Shown here: one piece after another, positions 1 to 12,498 of the stretch
How positions within the stretch are numbered: the stretch's first letter is position 1
How the letters are laid out: each line of letters starts with the position of its first letter
NCBI RefSeq assembly: GCF_001194135.2
Contig: NC_068984.1
Span: forward strand, 136,534,727-136,571,183
Direction: 5' to 3'
Origin: Octopus bimaculoides
Lineage: Eukaryota
DNA length: 36,457 nt
Notes under the pieces: model-generated
What the model was told of the DNA's origin: nothing
The model's database searches: none
Seen by the model: the letters and a program-made list of their open reading frames with translations, nothing else
Translations under genes and position numbers: made by a program

Positions 1-255
1 GCCCCCCCCCCACGCCGAAGCACAGGTCCAGGCAAGATTGTTTATGGAAGACCAGAAGACACCCATGCATATCAGGTTCTCCTCTCCACACCACTGATGT
101 TACCCAAGGGAAAATGATGTCGCCTCTCCTTTCTAATGTTGAGTGAACACGAGCAACGTAAAATAAAGTGCCTAGTTCAAAAACAAAAATACAGCCCGAT
201 CGGGGAATCAAACTCACTACCTCATGATTATGAGCCCAAAGCACTAACCACTGGG
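1..255 (-). mobile_element. tRNA-derived SINE (truncated by window edge)
   Basis: The minus strand reads CCCAGTGGTTAGTGCTTTGGGCTCATAATCATGAGGTAGTGAGTTTGATTCCCC (A- and B-box-like). The body that follows resembles the copies at 3075-3305 and 22482-22753. Confidence 0.7.
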
Positions 256-384
256 TCAAGTACATTCACAGATTATTGTTTAGCTACAGATAAAACGCTG
301 GTCCAGAACACTTTTATTCAAAGACTTCCTAACAGTAACGATCCAATCTTGTTTTCAAACATAACTTACATAAAATCGAGGACA

Positions 385-447
385 TTGTGTTATCTTCTAA
401 GATAGTAAGATGTATTTAGAGGACGATTTGGCTGCCGTTTCTAGCAG
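385..447 (-). repeat. Fragment of a degenerate interspersed repeat (GCTAGAAATAGCAGCCAAAT motif family)
   Basis: The reverse complement CTGCTAGAAACGGCAGCCAAATCGTCCTCTAAAT matches ACTAGAAATAGCAACCATATCTTCTTTAAC near 3810. Confidence 0.45.
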
Positions 448-519
448 AAGAAGCTCCATCTTGTAATGTCGGTGGCTTCCCATTGTGTAGGAATTGGGAT
501 GTTAAAGACTGACTGTTAT

Positions 520-1277
520 AATTTGATTTTGAAATCGCTATGAAGAGCCGGATATGATATTGTGAGGAATTTAAATCTCTGACAAAGCCGTTTTAACTTC
601 ATCACCTGGTGAGGTTTACAGCCGCCATGCTCGATAGTGTATTGGAAAGTATGTGACGATAAAGCAAATATAATAAATGATAATATTAAAACCCATATGC
701 CAATCAGATTAATATCGTTGCGCTGATGTAAAACCAGGCACTGTCTCTCACGGCTCCTGATCTTAACTGATTGGAAGTGTTATTATGTACATTGTTTTGT
801 CTTGGCGTAAAAGATGAGCTACAGCAAATATTCCGCTCAATACTATAGATTCGCTGATCAGTTGTTTGACCATAACCAGATGAACATGTCCCATGATAGC
901 TGACAATATGTGCATCTCTGATCACGAGCAAAAGTAGTTGAGAGTGGAGAGGGCATCATAGCCGTGTGTTGTGAGGAATTCTTTGTGGTTTGAATAATTA
1001 ACCTCTAAAAACATGTTTGTTTTTTTTTGTCCTACATCCTTAAACAAACCTTATTCAGGGACATTTTGAGTGGGATGAACTACTCGACCCGAAGAAAATT
1101 CTAACCGGGCCCAATCTGCAAGGCCATGCGCTGTTTATCTTGATATGAGGTCGCCATGTCGCGCACATATGGTTGTGAAGCATGGGCCTGGTGTACTCTT
1201 ATCAAACGGATAGTCATGATTGGTACATTTGTACCTCAGAGACACTTTGCTGGCATGCGCAGCTATCTCACTCAATA
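520..1277 (+). repeat. Probable retroposon 3' region ending in a trinucleotide tail
   Basis: Non-coding and runs directly into AAT/(GAT)n. It resembles an abundant octopus repeat by recall only, with no clear full second copy in this window. Confidence 0.35.
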
Positions 1278-1334
<57 letters not shown>

Positions 1335-1352
1335 GTCGTGGTGGTGGTGGTG
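1275..1352 (+). repeat. Compound microsatellite (GAT)n-(GGT)n
   Basis: Read directly. Confidence 0.95.
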
Positions 1353-1512
1353 ATTTCAAATTTTGGGACAAGGCCATCATTTCGCGGGATAAGTCGATTA
1401 CATTGACACCAGGGCGTAACTGGTACTTATTTCATCGACCCCGAAAGGATGAAAGGCAAAGTTGACCTCGGCGGAATTTGAACTTGGGACGTAAAGGCGG
1501 ACGAATTGCCGC
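1350..1512 (-). mobile_element. tRNA-derived SINE family S1 (partial)
   Basis: High similarity to the TSD-bounded copy at 20722-20952 (ACTGGTACTTATTTCATCGACCCCGAAAGGATGAAAGGCAAAGTTGACCTCGGCGGAATTTGAACT). Confidence 0.9.
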
Positions 1513-1569
1513 TTATATAATTTTCACTGCTTGCTAATAATTTTGCCAACATTTCGTCTTCATAACCTT

Positions 1570-1756
1570 AAATTTGAACACAAAGTTAGCAATATTAAGG
1601 GCGGGGATAGGTCGATTGCATAGACCTATCCTAGTCTTGAACTGGTGATTCTTATTTTATCGAATCCCCGGCCCCTAAAAAAAAGAAACAACAGTAAAAT
1701 CGACTTTGCTAACATTCGAACACAGAACGTCAATCCGGAAGAACTCCTGCTAGGCA

Positions 1757-1760
<4 letters not shown>
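1570..1760 (-). mobile_element. Diverged S1 SINE
   Basis: Degenerate match to the S1 core (GGTCGATTGCATAGAC...AAAATCGACTTTG...TTCGAACACAGAACGT). Flanked by (GAT)n at 1758-1800. Confidence 0.65.
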
Positions 1761-1787
<27 letters not shown>

Positions 1788-2384
1788 AAGGATGATGATA
1801 AATATATGTGCCAAGAAAACTGATAGATAATAATAATGTAATAAACACTTGTGCCAATAAGACTAATATAATAAATTAATATAACAAAACATTGCTCCCC
1901 ACCACCACCACAAATTCTTCAGACTCACTCGTATTGGTTTCTGTATCTTGAAATCTATATCTCACAGGAGCTTACAGATATATTTATTATGACTATGATA
2001 AGTATGTTAGAAGACGCGGTCGTATGACATTCTACCAACGTTTCATCTCACCCTCTTATACTGGTTTCTGTACCTTAAAAACTACATTTCTATAGAACTC
2101 GCTCTTTCCCAAAATTACCATTTGAAGCAGGATATGAATATGAACGGCAATCCTATTAGTTTCGCTAGACTGAAGATGGGATCAATTGATAGGACAATTC
2201 TGTAACTGAGGACTTTTAAAGTCTCCCAACTGGAACAGTGTTTTATCTAAGCTACGTATTCTAATTCGAAATACGGAAACGCATACGTACTCAAGCTACA
2301 CAAAACATACCTCATTGGAAAAACATATATGAATAGGGATGTTCGATAAAGTTGGTAGGCTAGTGGAGGGGGACTATGAACATG

Positions 2385-2856
<472 letters not shown>

Positions 2857-3074
2857 AATATCTTGAAATTGAGACGAGAGTAAGGTTTTGATTCTTGGAA
2901 ATATGGTGGTATTCATCGTATTGGAATGATTTGTTTGTTTGTGGTACACGGGCGAGATTTGAACGACAGAGCGTACTCGGAACATGCGAGTCTTTATCGA
3001 TTCGAGTAACGCCAACAATGATATTATATGGAATCCAACCATTTATGTATTCAAAAATAAAAGTATCAATACTC

Positions 3075-3305
3075 TTCCAGAGATTAGGCTCATCAAGCCG
3101 TTTTCCCTGATTCTGTGACGTATTTTCTTCCCTCCCGGGTGGGACGGCAGTCCGTGGCAGGATTACCCATTTTTGTCAGCTGATTGGACTGGAGCAACGT
3201 GAAGCGAAATTGTTTGGTCAAGATCACAACGCATTGTCCGGTTCAGGAATCGAAACTTCAATCTTACGATCATAAGTGCAATACCCTTATCACTTCACCA
3301 TGCAC
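3075..3305 (-). mobile_element. tRNA-derived SINE (head H', body B2)
   Basis: B-box-like GTTTCGATTCC on the minus strand. Body matches 22482-22753 (CAGCTGA.TGGACTGGAG.AACG...ACAACGCAT...CAGGAATCGAAACT). Confidence 0.85.
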
Positions 3306-3321
3306 CTTTACATTATCTATA

Positions 3322-3486
3322 TATTCATAATGCTTATTATCATAACGTTTATTATTCATAATGCTTATTATCATAACGCTTATCATTCATAATGCTTATT
3401 ATCATAACGTTTATCATTCATAATGCTTATTATCATAACGTTTATTATTCATAATGCTTATTATCATAACGCTTATTATTCATAAT
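3322..3486. repeat. 31-bp minisatellite, about 5.3 copies
   Basis: ATTCATAAT recurs at 3323, 3354, 3385, 3416, 3447 and 3478. Confidence 0.95.
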
Positions 3487-3789
3487 ATTTATCATCATAC
3501 TAGTGAACAAAGGAATCGTATAAAAGGGCGTCATACGTGTCAACAAAGAAGCTTCTATACGATGTGATGACCTACTAGATATAACAATAAAACTTAATTA
3601 AAGTTACATACTGCAGTCTTAATTAAGGAAAAGGTATATTAGCTTAAATACTCTCACACAGCATTACGTCACTGGATGATCACGGTTCTATCACTTACAG
3701 GTCTTTTCAACAGTGATCTTACTCGGAAGTGGACATCAGTCTCCTACACGCCATCAATACTATTGTTACTAGCAAGAAGGTTGGGAACT

Positions 3790-3945
3790 TCTACCTGGTT
3801 AATAGACCAACTAGAAATAGCAACCATATCTTCTTTAACCACCACCGCCCCACGTTTTAGAAAAGGATGTGTTGGAATGTATGATCCTGGGTTCATTTCA
3901 CGTAGAAAAACCCAGGATGGTCACGAACGGAATCATAAAACTGCT
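3790..3945 (+). repeat. Degenerate interspersed repeat (motifs CTAGAAATAGCA and AGGATGGTCA)
   Basis: Shares motifs with 385-447, 7990-8130 (GAGATGGTGACAGCT) and 35340-35480 (CAGGATGGTCGTAGCT). Confidence 0.5.
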
Positions 3946-5424
3946 TGAACAAATTTAATCCGAAATTTTACATCAACAATGGCTACATCAAAAGTGAGTA
4001 TCAGTGGAAAAAAACAAATGAGTTTCAGATTCAATGACGTTGGAAAAAATGCTGAAAATAGCCACCAAACTTCTCTCAAATCGCAGAGTCCGAATCTTAC
4101 TGAAGAAATGATGCACTTGATAATGTTGTCTTTGATCTAATATACTGTTATGTCTCAACGCTACTGCTATCTAGCACCCTCGGATGATCTCTACTCAGCC
4201 GCTACACAACTGCTACTCGACTGTTACTCAACACACCTACCAGGGCCAGACTACCTCTATTTATATGTCTTGGGAGATCCTACTTCTTCGCCTGGGGGTG
4301 TCGACGCAACATATACTATATTTGAAAACTATATATGCGGATTGTCCAGAGAATAGTTCAACGTGGGTCTGCTTTTTCAGGGCTCACTAGGAATTACATA
4401 ACGCTAACAACATGGTAGCTAAAAAGAATATATCAAAAACGCAACGATAAAAGGAAAACAATAATATTTATAATTAATCAAATCGTGGTCAGGAATATTA
4501 ATTTTTATGTTAATAGTGGCCTTGAATGCATCACCATCAACATTGTCGTCGGTATCATCACCTCCATTAACACTGCAATGTATATAACCATCACCATCAC
4601 CACCATATCCACTCCATCGTTATCACCGTCATCATAATCATTTGCAGCAGAAGCTCCAGTGTCATAATTGTTTTCTTCTGTCCAGAGAAAAACAAGTTTA
4701 ACTCTCCAATATTTCGGAGATGTAGGATATTTACACCTAACGGAAATTAAATCTAATTACTAAAAGGTATGATTAGTAGGGTGTCTTTCGAATAAATTAT
4801 GTTGCCTAAACTGAAATATTTATGTAAACACCACAAAATATATTGTGAAAGAGATTTCACCAAACGAAAAATAAAGCGTATATTGAAAAAAATTTATAGA
4901 TGTTATATTGAACCATTTTTCAAATTCCGGAAGCAAAATATTTTGGTTGGCAAATTTCCTTAGTATATGAAGAACCCCTATCAACGTCACTCCTAAAAAG
5001 AAGAAAGTGAAAATAACAAACATCTAACTACTACAGAAGAGGGAGAAAAAGAGAGCTTTTCATACTGAGTCAGAATAACGTATTATTTCTTTTGTCTGGA
5101 TTTCCGGCAGCCTTTTAGCTTTTTCTTATTATGATTTATACGCCATTGTTTCGTACAGCAATGCAATAATGTTTGGTCTCTGGAAGCAAACGGCTGTTCA
5201 AAAAGTTTTGCTGCTTATAAATATATATTATACAATGTAACTTAATATTTGCAAAAGAAAACTATACTGAGTTAAATTCCAATATATTCTAAAACTGAAA
5301 TTTGTTTTCAAATGATTCCAGTGAATCCACCAAACATTGTTTTGTAAATTTAATATGATCGTTTTTTTTTATTCGCGATGACAGATCTATTGATTACTTA
5401 CAAGTTTATATTAATTCATCATTT

Positions 5425-5585
5425 TCATAAGCTGTTCAGATATGAGAAAAGTTGTTCCAACGAATATTGTAGCTCCTCCAAGATGGATGAAATTTCTGTA
5501 GTCACTTCGCAGTTTGAATATCTCAGGATCAATAGCTGTTCAATAAAACTCGGATGTGAATGGAATACTTTCAAAATAGTGAAAT
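5425..5585 (-). CDS. Candidate terminal coding exon of an unidentified gene
   Basis: Minus-strand acceptor CCCCCCCCCTTTTAACAG at 5586-5587, one open frame (D)FTILKVF...LFSYLNSL* ending in TGA at 5425-5427, and AATAAA at 5368-5373. No homology recognised. Confidence 0.3.
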
Positions 5586-5604
5586 CTGTTAAAAGGGGGG
5601 GGGG

Positions 5605-6045
5605 CACACAGACACACACATAAATACACACACACACAAATATACATATATATATATATATATANNNNNNNNNNNNNNNNNNNNNNNNNNNNNNNNNNNN
5701 NNNNNNNNNNNNNNNNNNNNNNNNNNNNNNNNNNNNNNNNNNNNNNNNNNNNNNNNNNNNNNNNNNNNNNNNNNNNNNNNNNNNNNNNNNNNNNNNNNNN
5801 NNNNNNNNNNNNNNNNNNNNNNNNNNNNNNNNNNNNNNNNNNNNNNNNNNNNNNNNNNNNNNNNNNNNNNNNNNNNNNNNNNNNNNNNNNNNNNNNNNNN
5901 NNNNNNNNNNNNNNNNNNNNNNNNNNNNNNNNNNNNNNNNNNNNNNNNNNNNNNNNNNNNNNNNNNNNNNNNNNNNNNNNNNNNNNNNNNNNNNNNNNNN
6001 ACACACACACACTCCCCCCCCCACATATATATATACATATATATA
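5605..6045. repeat. (CA)/(TA) microsatellite spanning assembly gap 5665-6000
   Basis: Read directly. Confidence 0.9.
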
Positions 6046-7320
6046 TCGCTTAATTTAAAATATTTGTTTTGCAGTTGTTCGGCGAATGATATAAATAATA
6101 TAAATGTCCTGTCTATAAAATATTATGTCTTTAATTTCGTTCCATAATTTATTAACCAATTGTCATATGAATAAATGTTGTGTACACAATAAATTATGCC
6201 TTCAATTTTGTCACAGCTATAATAGAATAATATAAATACAAATTAATCATTCCAAAACTTCTTAGAAATACAGTTCTCCTGGTTTGTTTTTACTTCTTGA
6301 TATAACGATTTAAATGAAAGTAGTTTATATTATATTACACACCAGATATTAAGTTCAGAGTGACATGGACATTTGACCGGCAGCCTTTTGTCCTTGTATT
6401 TATGAAGAAAGAAATGTAACCAGATGTCTGCCTAACTTGACAGATTCGTGGATTTAATTCTGAGATTCTCTAAGCTATTGTTTCAGAAGAGTTTTAAATG
6501 ATAACATAGCTTTATCCTTCTTTACAAAATCACTTTGCTTAATCAGCCGAAATGGATTTTTTTAACAATAGCAAAATTTTGTTGATTGATTCTTTCATAT
6601 AACTAACCACTTAGAGTTGTCTGATACAATGTTAAATTATAAAACAGAAATGAAAACAAGCATAAATAACAACAATCTTTTGATACAGTCATTAATTACA
6701 CTAATGCTTGTCAAGAGTTTGAAGTCCACCGGAAATAAATGATAACGCATGTCTCATCAGAAATTCAGAGTTGAAAATATTAAAATCATATTTATCTGTT
6801 TCATTTGATTGAGGTTATTATATGTGCAACGATTAATCCTGCGATAAAAAAAAAGTATGGTTTTAATCGAAAATTAATTGAAAATCAATAATCGAAGAAT
6901 GGTCTGTAATGAATTATTTAAAAAAAATAGAAAATAAAAAATATTTTTTTCAAAATGAAATGAACTTTATAGTATCCACGAATAAAATACTTTACAGACT
7001 TTAAAAGCGACGGGAAGCAAAAATAGAAGTAACGAGGAAAATGTGTTTCTCCGGTCTCAGACGATTAATATTTTTCAAGCGCACAAAAATCTATACTCAG
7101 GAATTTACACTACAGTTGAGAGATAGTTTTATAAGAAATATAACGCCCATAGTCAAAGTGTGTTGAATATATACATAAATGAAACCCCAAAAGCTTAAAA
7201 GAAACCAGGCATATAATGTGATGAGTTGCATATATTTCTGTGCAGTTTCCTTTGTCATTTCATTCAGCAAAATAATGAAAATGAATCTGAAAGCAAATAT
7301 ATCAAACTTGAGACGTGTTT

Positions 7321-7514
7321 TTTACGTGCCACCTGCACAAGAGCCAGTCCAGTGGCAATGGCAACGACCTCGCTCGACCTCGCTCGAATGATTTTCTAAC
7401 GTGCCACCGGCACAAGTGCCAGTAAGGCGACGCTGGTAACGATCACGCTCAAATGGTGCTATACACGGGCCACTAGCACGGAAGCCAGACAGCTGCTCTG
7501 GCAATGATCACGCT
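7321..7514. repeat. GC-rich tandem array, three units of about 66 bp
   Basis: ACGTGCCACC at 7324 and 7399, ACGGGCCACT at 7465. Each unit ends GGCAACGA(C/T)C(T/A)CGCT-like; unit 1 carries a 10-bp internal duplication. Confidence 0.85.
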
Positions 7515-8484
7515 ACATTTAAATGCAATACATGTTATATGTCACCAAGAATTAATTAAAAACTACACACACAAAAAAGAGCAAATGTTTTCTTTTAATA
7601 AAAGATGCAACAAGGTGGGAAAAATAATCTGAAGTTCTATCATTTGGAGTGGAATTTGATCGCTTGATCGCACATTGAAGCAGAAGACAACAAGGATTAA
7701 CCGAGAGAAAGTGAAAATGGTCAGTTGATTTGGAGGTGAATAATTATTCGAATAGTGATTGCAATTTACTGCATTGGCTGAACAAGGATGATGTTAATCT
7801 TCTTTAAGGACATTAAGGAAAAACTTTTCCACAATGGTAATACCATCCATGGGGATGTATGATAAATTTGGATCAGATCGTTATTCACTAAATGTTACAG
7901 CATTTACTAGTAGCAATCATATGATTACTGACTTAGCATGTGGTAGGGAGCTAATGAGGGAGTCACTACTCGGTAGTTCGACATACGACACAGAATAACC
8001 GAAACACTCTTAAATCACGTCTTGCTATTTTATAAAAGGAATTACACATTAGATAACGCGGTTCTAGATAGAGTATGTCTGAAATAATAGGACTGAGAGA
8101 TGGTGACAGCTTGCATGCTTTTGATCATGACAGCAACATATAATAACTTGGACGTAAAAGCGTTAATGAAAAATACTGTAACGGCTAGCATAGTAGCGCC
8201 TCAGACAATCCAATTATAGAATGGTTGTAATAGAGGAGAAATAAATCGCTTTATTCCTTAGAAATATCAAATGAAGAGCTGCGGAATATTCCACAAATCT
8301 AAATTGCATCTCGAAATAATTTATTAGGCTGACAGGTGTTCGGCGTCTGTTAAGACAGCCAAATGCCCAAAGATTTTTTGATACATTGCGAATGTGTCTT
8401 AGAAGAAATATACGATAACACCATTCCACTGTTCAGACAGAATTTACCATTTTAAAATTTTGCAAATATGCAGATTCTTAAATG

Positions 8485-8610
8485 TGTATGTGTGTGTGTG
8501 TGTGTGTGTGCGTGTGTGTGTGTGTGTGTGTGTGCGTGCGTGCGTGTGCGTGCGTGTGTGTGTGTGTGTGTGCGTGCGTGTGTGTGCGCGCGCGCGCGTA
8601 TGTGTGTGCA
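8485..8610. repeat. (GT)n/(GCGT)n/(GC)n alternating purine-pyrimidine tract
   Basis: Read directly. Confidence 0.95.
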
Positions 8611-8995
8611 GACGTACATGTCTCCGTGTTTATATCTGACTATTTAGTTTAAACGTCGGTATAATTGCTTCGTCTGGAAAATTCTGTTGAACTGCTTGTT
8701 GTCTTATTGAATAAAGCCGCCGTGTGATTGTTCCTGCTACGTCTTTGAGCCAATATTATGCTTACTTCGTCAAGTGGAACTAAGAAAAAAAAAAATTAAT
8801 CAACCGATAAATAATATGTTGGGTTACAAAATTGCAAACCCTTTACCAGGTGTTCATAAATGTACAACTTCTATTACATCTTTCAATATATTTATATTAT
8901 AAGAACAGCGAAATTGATTAATATCTGAGACGAGTTGTTGTTAGGATTATGTGTTTCTGTACTATTAACCACAGTTGTAGCAACTATATTTACAT

Positions 8996-9372
8996 CGTGG
9001 CACTTAGTTGGTTACGACGACGCGGGTTCCAGTTGATCCAATCAACGGAAGAGCCTGTTCCTGAAATTAACTCCACGTTCTGTTCGTGAAATTGACAGAC
9101 ACGTCTACCCTTAGCGTAGTTCTCGGGTAGATTCAGCGTGACACAGTATGTAACAAGGCTGTCCCCTTTAAAATACAGAAACAGGAAGAGAGAATGAGAA
9201 AAAGTTGTGGTGAGAAAGAGTACAGCAGGATTCGCCACCACCCCATACCGGAGCCTCGTGGAGCTTTAAGTGTTTTCGCTTAATAAACACTCACAACGCC
9301 CGGTCTGTGAATCGAAACCGCGGTCCTATGACCGCGAGTCCGCTGCCCTTACCACTGAGCCATTGCGCCTCC
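8996..9372 (-). mobile_element. Full-length tRNA-derived SINE (head H, body B1, tail T1) with 13-bp TSD
   Basis: TSD ACTATATTTACAT at 8983-8995 and 9373-9385. A-box TGGCTCAGTGG and B-box-like GTTTCGATTC; head and body match 29872-30162. Confidence 0.92.
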
Positions 9373-10452
9373 ACTATATTTACATACGCCAGTGGCATGT
9401 TGTATAACAAACTTATTAACTTGTTTTAGAAGTAAGGGTTAAAGCTTCGAAACCTTTTGGGTTTTTTCTTTTTAGTTAGGAAGGAAGGTTACTGCTCATA
9501 ACTCTTTATATGGCCGCCGAGATTAATGGGAAAAGGTTGAGGAATGAATCCTCAAGCAGGGAATTTGATCTCAACGGCTCCAAAATGGTAGGTTAACCTG
9601 TTACCACAAGAATCCATGTTTATAACCTATGGGTATGAAAGTCCGTGCTGCTTGTCGTTATTGTTTAACATTACGTAGTGCCTGATTAAGATGACCTGTG
9701 ATCAAGTGCCATCCCGTCATGACTACCCCGTTTATTTGGCTAGGCATTGTGTACGCAATAGCTTTATATATTGGCTTTATAAACCGGCAGGGTATGAGTT
9801 AAGGAATGGCAACGGCATGGGAGCTCTCTTGTTGCCATACCTGTTTTCTGTTTGCTGCGCGCGAGTGTGTATCTATAAAAACAACATTTCAGTTACTCCT
9901 GAGATGTTTTCAAACAATCGTACATTTTTATTGTACGAAACACAATAGTGAATTTTCAGCTTGGATCTCTGAACCAACAAAAATGTAGGTGAGCTGGCAA
10001 AGAACGCAGAACAGAACATTAATGCGAGGAGAAATAAGAACTGAAATTGGTTAAAAAGAAGAATATCGCGGTTTTAATTACTCTTATGGATCCTTGTGAT
10101 ATACATAAAATGATTGTGTAGTTGTTTGAAAAGGCCGATCAAAATTTACACATACTTTTGTTTAGGATGTGATGTATAAAACCTGAAATACAAAATAACA
10201 ACTGACGAAAATAAAATTAATGTTTTCCAGTTATTGGCTGTCATATTTCTAGTAGCATCAGAGAATTTGCAAAACAGCTGCCTTTCCCATCGTATACACA
10301 TAAGTATTCCACAGCAAAAATGTAGCCAATTATTATTTCTATTTTCTATTGCATTTTCAGGTGTAACAAACACACCGCACAAGTTCTCTGTTGATGATAC
10401 TTTCCGTTTGAATTAATCGACATTACAATAGAACGATATGTTCACATATAAC

Positions 10453-10845
10453 CATATATATATATATATATACATATATATATANNNNNNNNNNNNNNNN
10501 NNNNNNNNNNNNNNNNNNNNNNNNNNNNNNNNNNNNNNNNNNNNNNNNNNNNNNNNNNNNNNNNNNNNNNNNNNNNNNNNNNNNNNNNNNNNNNNNNNNN
10601 NNNNNNNNNNNNNNNNNNNNNNNNNNNNNNNNNNNNNNNNNNNNNNNNNNNNNNNNNNNNNNNNNNNNNNNNNNNNNNNNNNNNNNNNNNNNNNNNNNNN
10701 NNNNNNNNNNNNNNNNNNNNNNNNNNNNNNNNNNNNNNNNNNNNNNNNNNNNNNNNNNNNNNNNNNNNNNNNNNNNNATATATATATATATATATAAATG
10801 CATATATACGTATTATGTATGTGTGTATGTATGTATGTACATACT
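10453..10845. repeat. (TA)n/(TATG)n around gap 10485-10777
   Basis: Read directly. Confidence 0.9.
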
Positions 10846-11469
10846 GTTTTTTCTTGTGTAAGTTGTCCAGTAATTCAACAGAAAATATTTTTAAGGCCAA
10901 AATATTGTCGCTTTTTCAATGTAAACCACATTCCCCTTGAGAATGTTACTATATTTTGGGATTAAACATGCACCATCTTTCTATCAACATTTGAAGAATG
11001 TATTACTAGTATTTTGGCACAATTTTTTTCTTTGTGCGTTTGAGTGTTTTGTTTTTGTTTTCTTTTGCTATATTTTGCTATCGCTGTGCTTTTTACCATT
11101 TGCTGTTTTTAATGGAATAGTTGCCAAGACAACAGAACGCTGAAGAACAAAAAGCAATTTCAATGGATTCAACTGAACGGAAGGTCAATAAATAGGAAGC
11201 ATTCGTGTATACAATCTAACGCACGAATACCTTTCATAAATGCTCTAAAGAATTCATACACTTATATAAACCATCTCATATTCTGCGCAGTATATTGACG
11301 TGGTGTGTGTTTGTCGTTTTGTAACTGTTCAGAACTGGTTCAGAACAGAAATACTTTCCATGGACAAAAGTGGAAACTCAGCCTTTTTCTTGCAATTCAA
11401 AATAGATCGACACGTAATATTTATTTTATTTCTGAATTAGTTTTCCTTCCGATAAAATAAATAATATTC

Positions 11470-11670
11470 ATTCTAATTTTGCCACAAGGGCGGCAATTTG
11501 TTGTGGAGGAATAGACTATTACATCGAACCCAGTAATTATTTGGTAATTATTATCTTTTTAACCCCCTTAAAGGGAATAAAGATAAAGTCGACCGCGGCG
11601 AAATTTGAACTCAGTAAAGAACACTGCTTAGCATTTTATCCGAAACTCTACAACCTCGCCACCTTAAATA
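11470..11670 (-). mobile_element. Diverged S1 SINE
   Basis: AAAGTCGACCGCGGCGAAATTTGAACTCAG and ATTACATCGAACCCAGT match S1. Confidence 0.75.
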
Positions 11671-11679
11671 CCTAAATGG

Positions 11680-11875
11680 TATTGGTTTCAAATTTTGATA
11701 CAAGGCTAGTAATTACGGTGGAGAAGGTAAATCGACTACATCGACCCCAGTGGTCAACTGGTACTTATTTCATCGATCCCGAGATGATGAAAGGCAAAGT
11801 CCACCTCGACGAAATTGAAACTCAGAACGCAAAGACGGGCAAAATGCCACCAAGCATTTTGCTAGGCATGTTAAG
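11680..11875 (-). mobile_element. S1 SINE
   Basis: ACATCGACCCCAGTGGTCAACTGGTACTTATTTCATCGATCCCGAGATGATGAAAGGCAAAGTC matches S1. Confidence 0.85.
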
Positions 11876-11896
11876 AGGTCTACCAGGTTGTCGCCC

Positions 11897-12012
<116 letters not shown>

Positions 12013-12018
12013 AGAACA

Positions 12019-12107
12019 AAATCATTATATTCTTATGTTTTCTTAAACATTCTCTAGAACAATGCTATGTGCAAAACCAAATATATGACACCCTAGGCAT
12101 AACACCA
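12019..12107 (+). mobile_element. Partial 3' UTR of REL-type LINE family B
   Basis: Matches the 3' UTR that follows the ORF stop at 24913 (TTTCTTAAACATTC...CCAAATATATG..ACCCTAGGCATAACACC). Confidence 0.75.
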
Positions 12108-12311
12108 GCAGGACTTACAAATATATATAACATACAGAAAATTGCACTACTGGGTACTGCACACATTCTACGCAAAACACTTTCAATACAGTAAACATAA
12201 GAGCACCACAGCAAACCACAGCACATACCCAAGGCGCACAGAGCTGCGCTCGGTAGTGAAGTGAAAGCACGTTATAAAAATAAAACTACTGAACAATAAT
12301 AATAATAATAA
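12104..12311 (+). mobile_element. 3' end of REL-endonuclease (R4/Dong-like) LINE family A
   Basis: Translates GLTNIYNIQKIALLGTAHILRKTLSIQ*, the typical C-terminus of REL-type elements. Followed by a 3' UTR and an (AAT)n tail. Confidence 0.75.
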
Positions 12312-12325
12312 CATTAATATTTACA

Positions 12326-12498
12326 ATAAGCTTATAATTTTCTGCTGTTTTCTTAAACGTTCTCTAGAAAAATAATATGTACAAAACCAAATATATGACA
12401 CCCTAGTCATAACACCAACTTGAACTTCTAGCTGTTGTCTCTTGAGGTCTCCGGGTGAGACTTGGAACCAACGTGTACAAATACAAAGCAAAAGTCAA

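Noticed and set aside
1168-1185. YGCEAW, an RTE-like peptide motif
   Set aside because: Six residues only, with no neighbouring RT motifs in frame.
4972-5027. PKKKKV NLS-like peptide
   Set aside because: An 18-codon frame bounded by stops, with no splice acceptor.
6340-6620. Protein-looking minus-strand stretch interrupted only by TAA/TAG
   Set aside because: TAA/TAG are the commonest stops in AT-rich DNA. All frames after the acceptor close quickly, so there is no basis for a recoding or pseudogene call.
7321-7514. CRISPR-like array
   Set aside because: The units are contiguous and homologous along their length, with no unique spacers and no cas genes, in a eukaryotic context.
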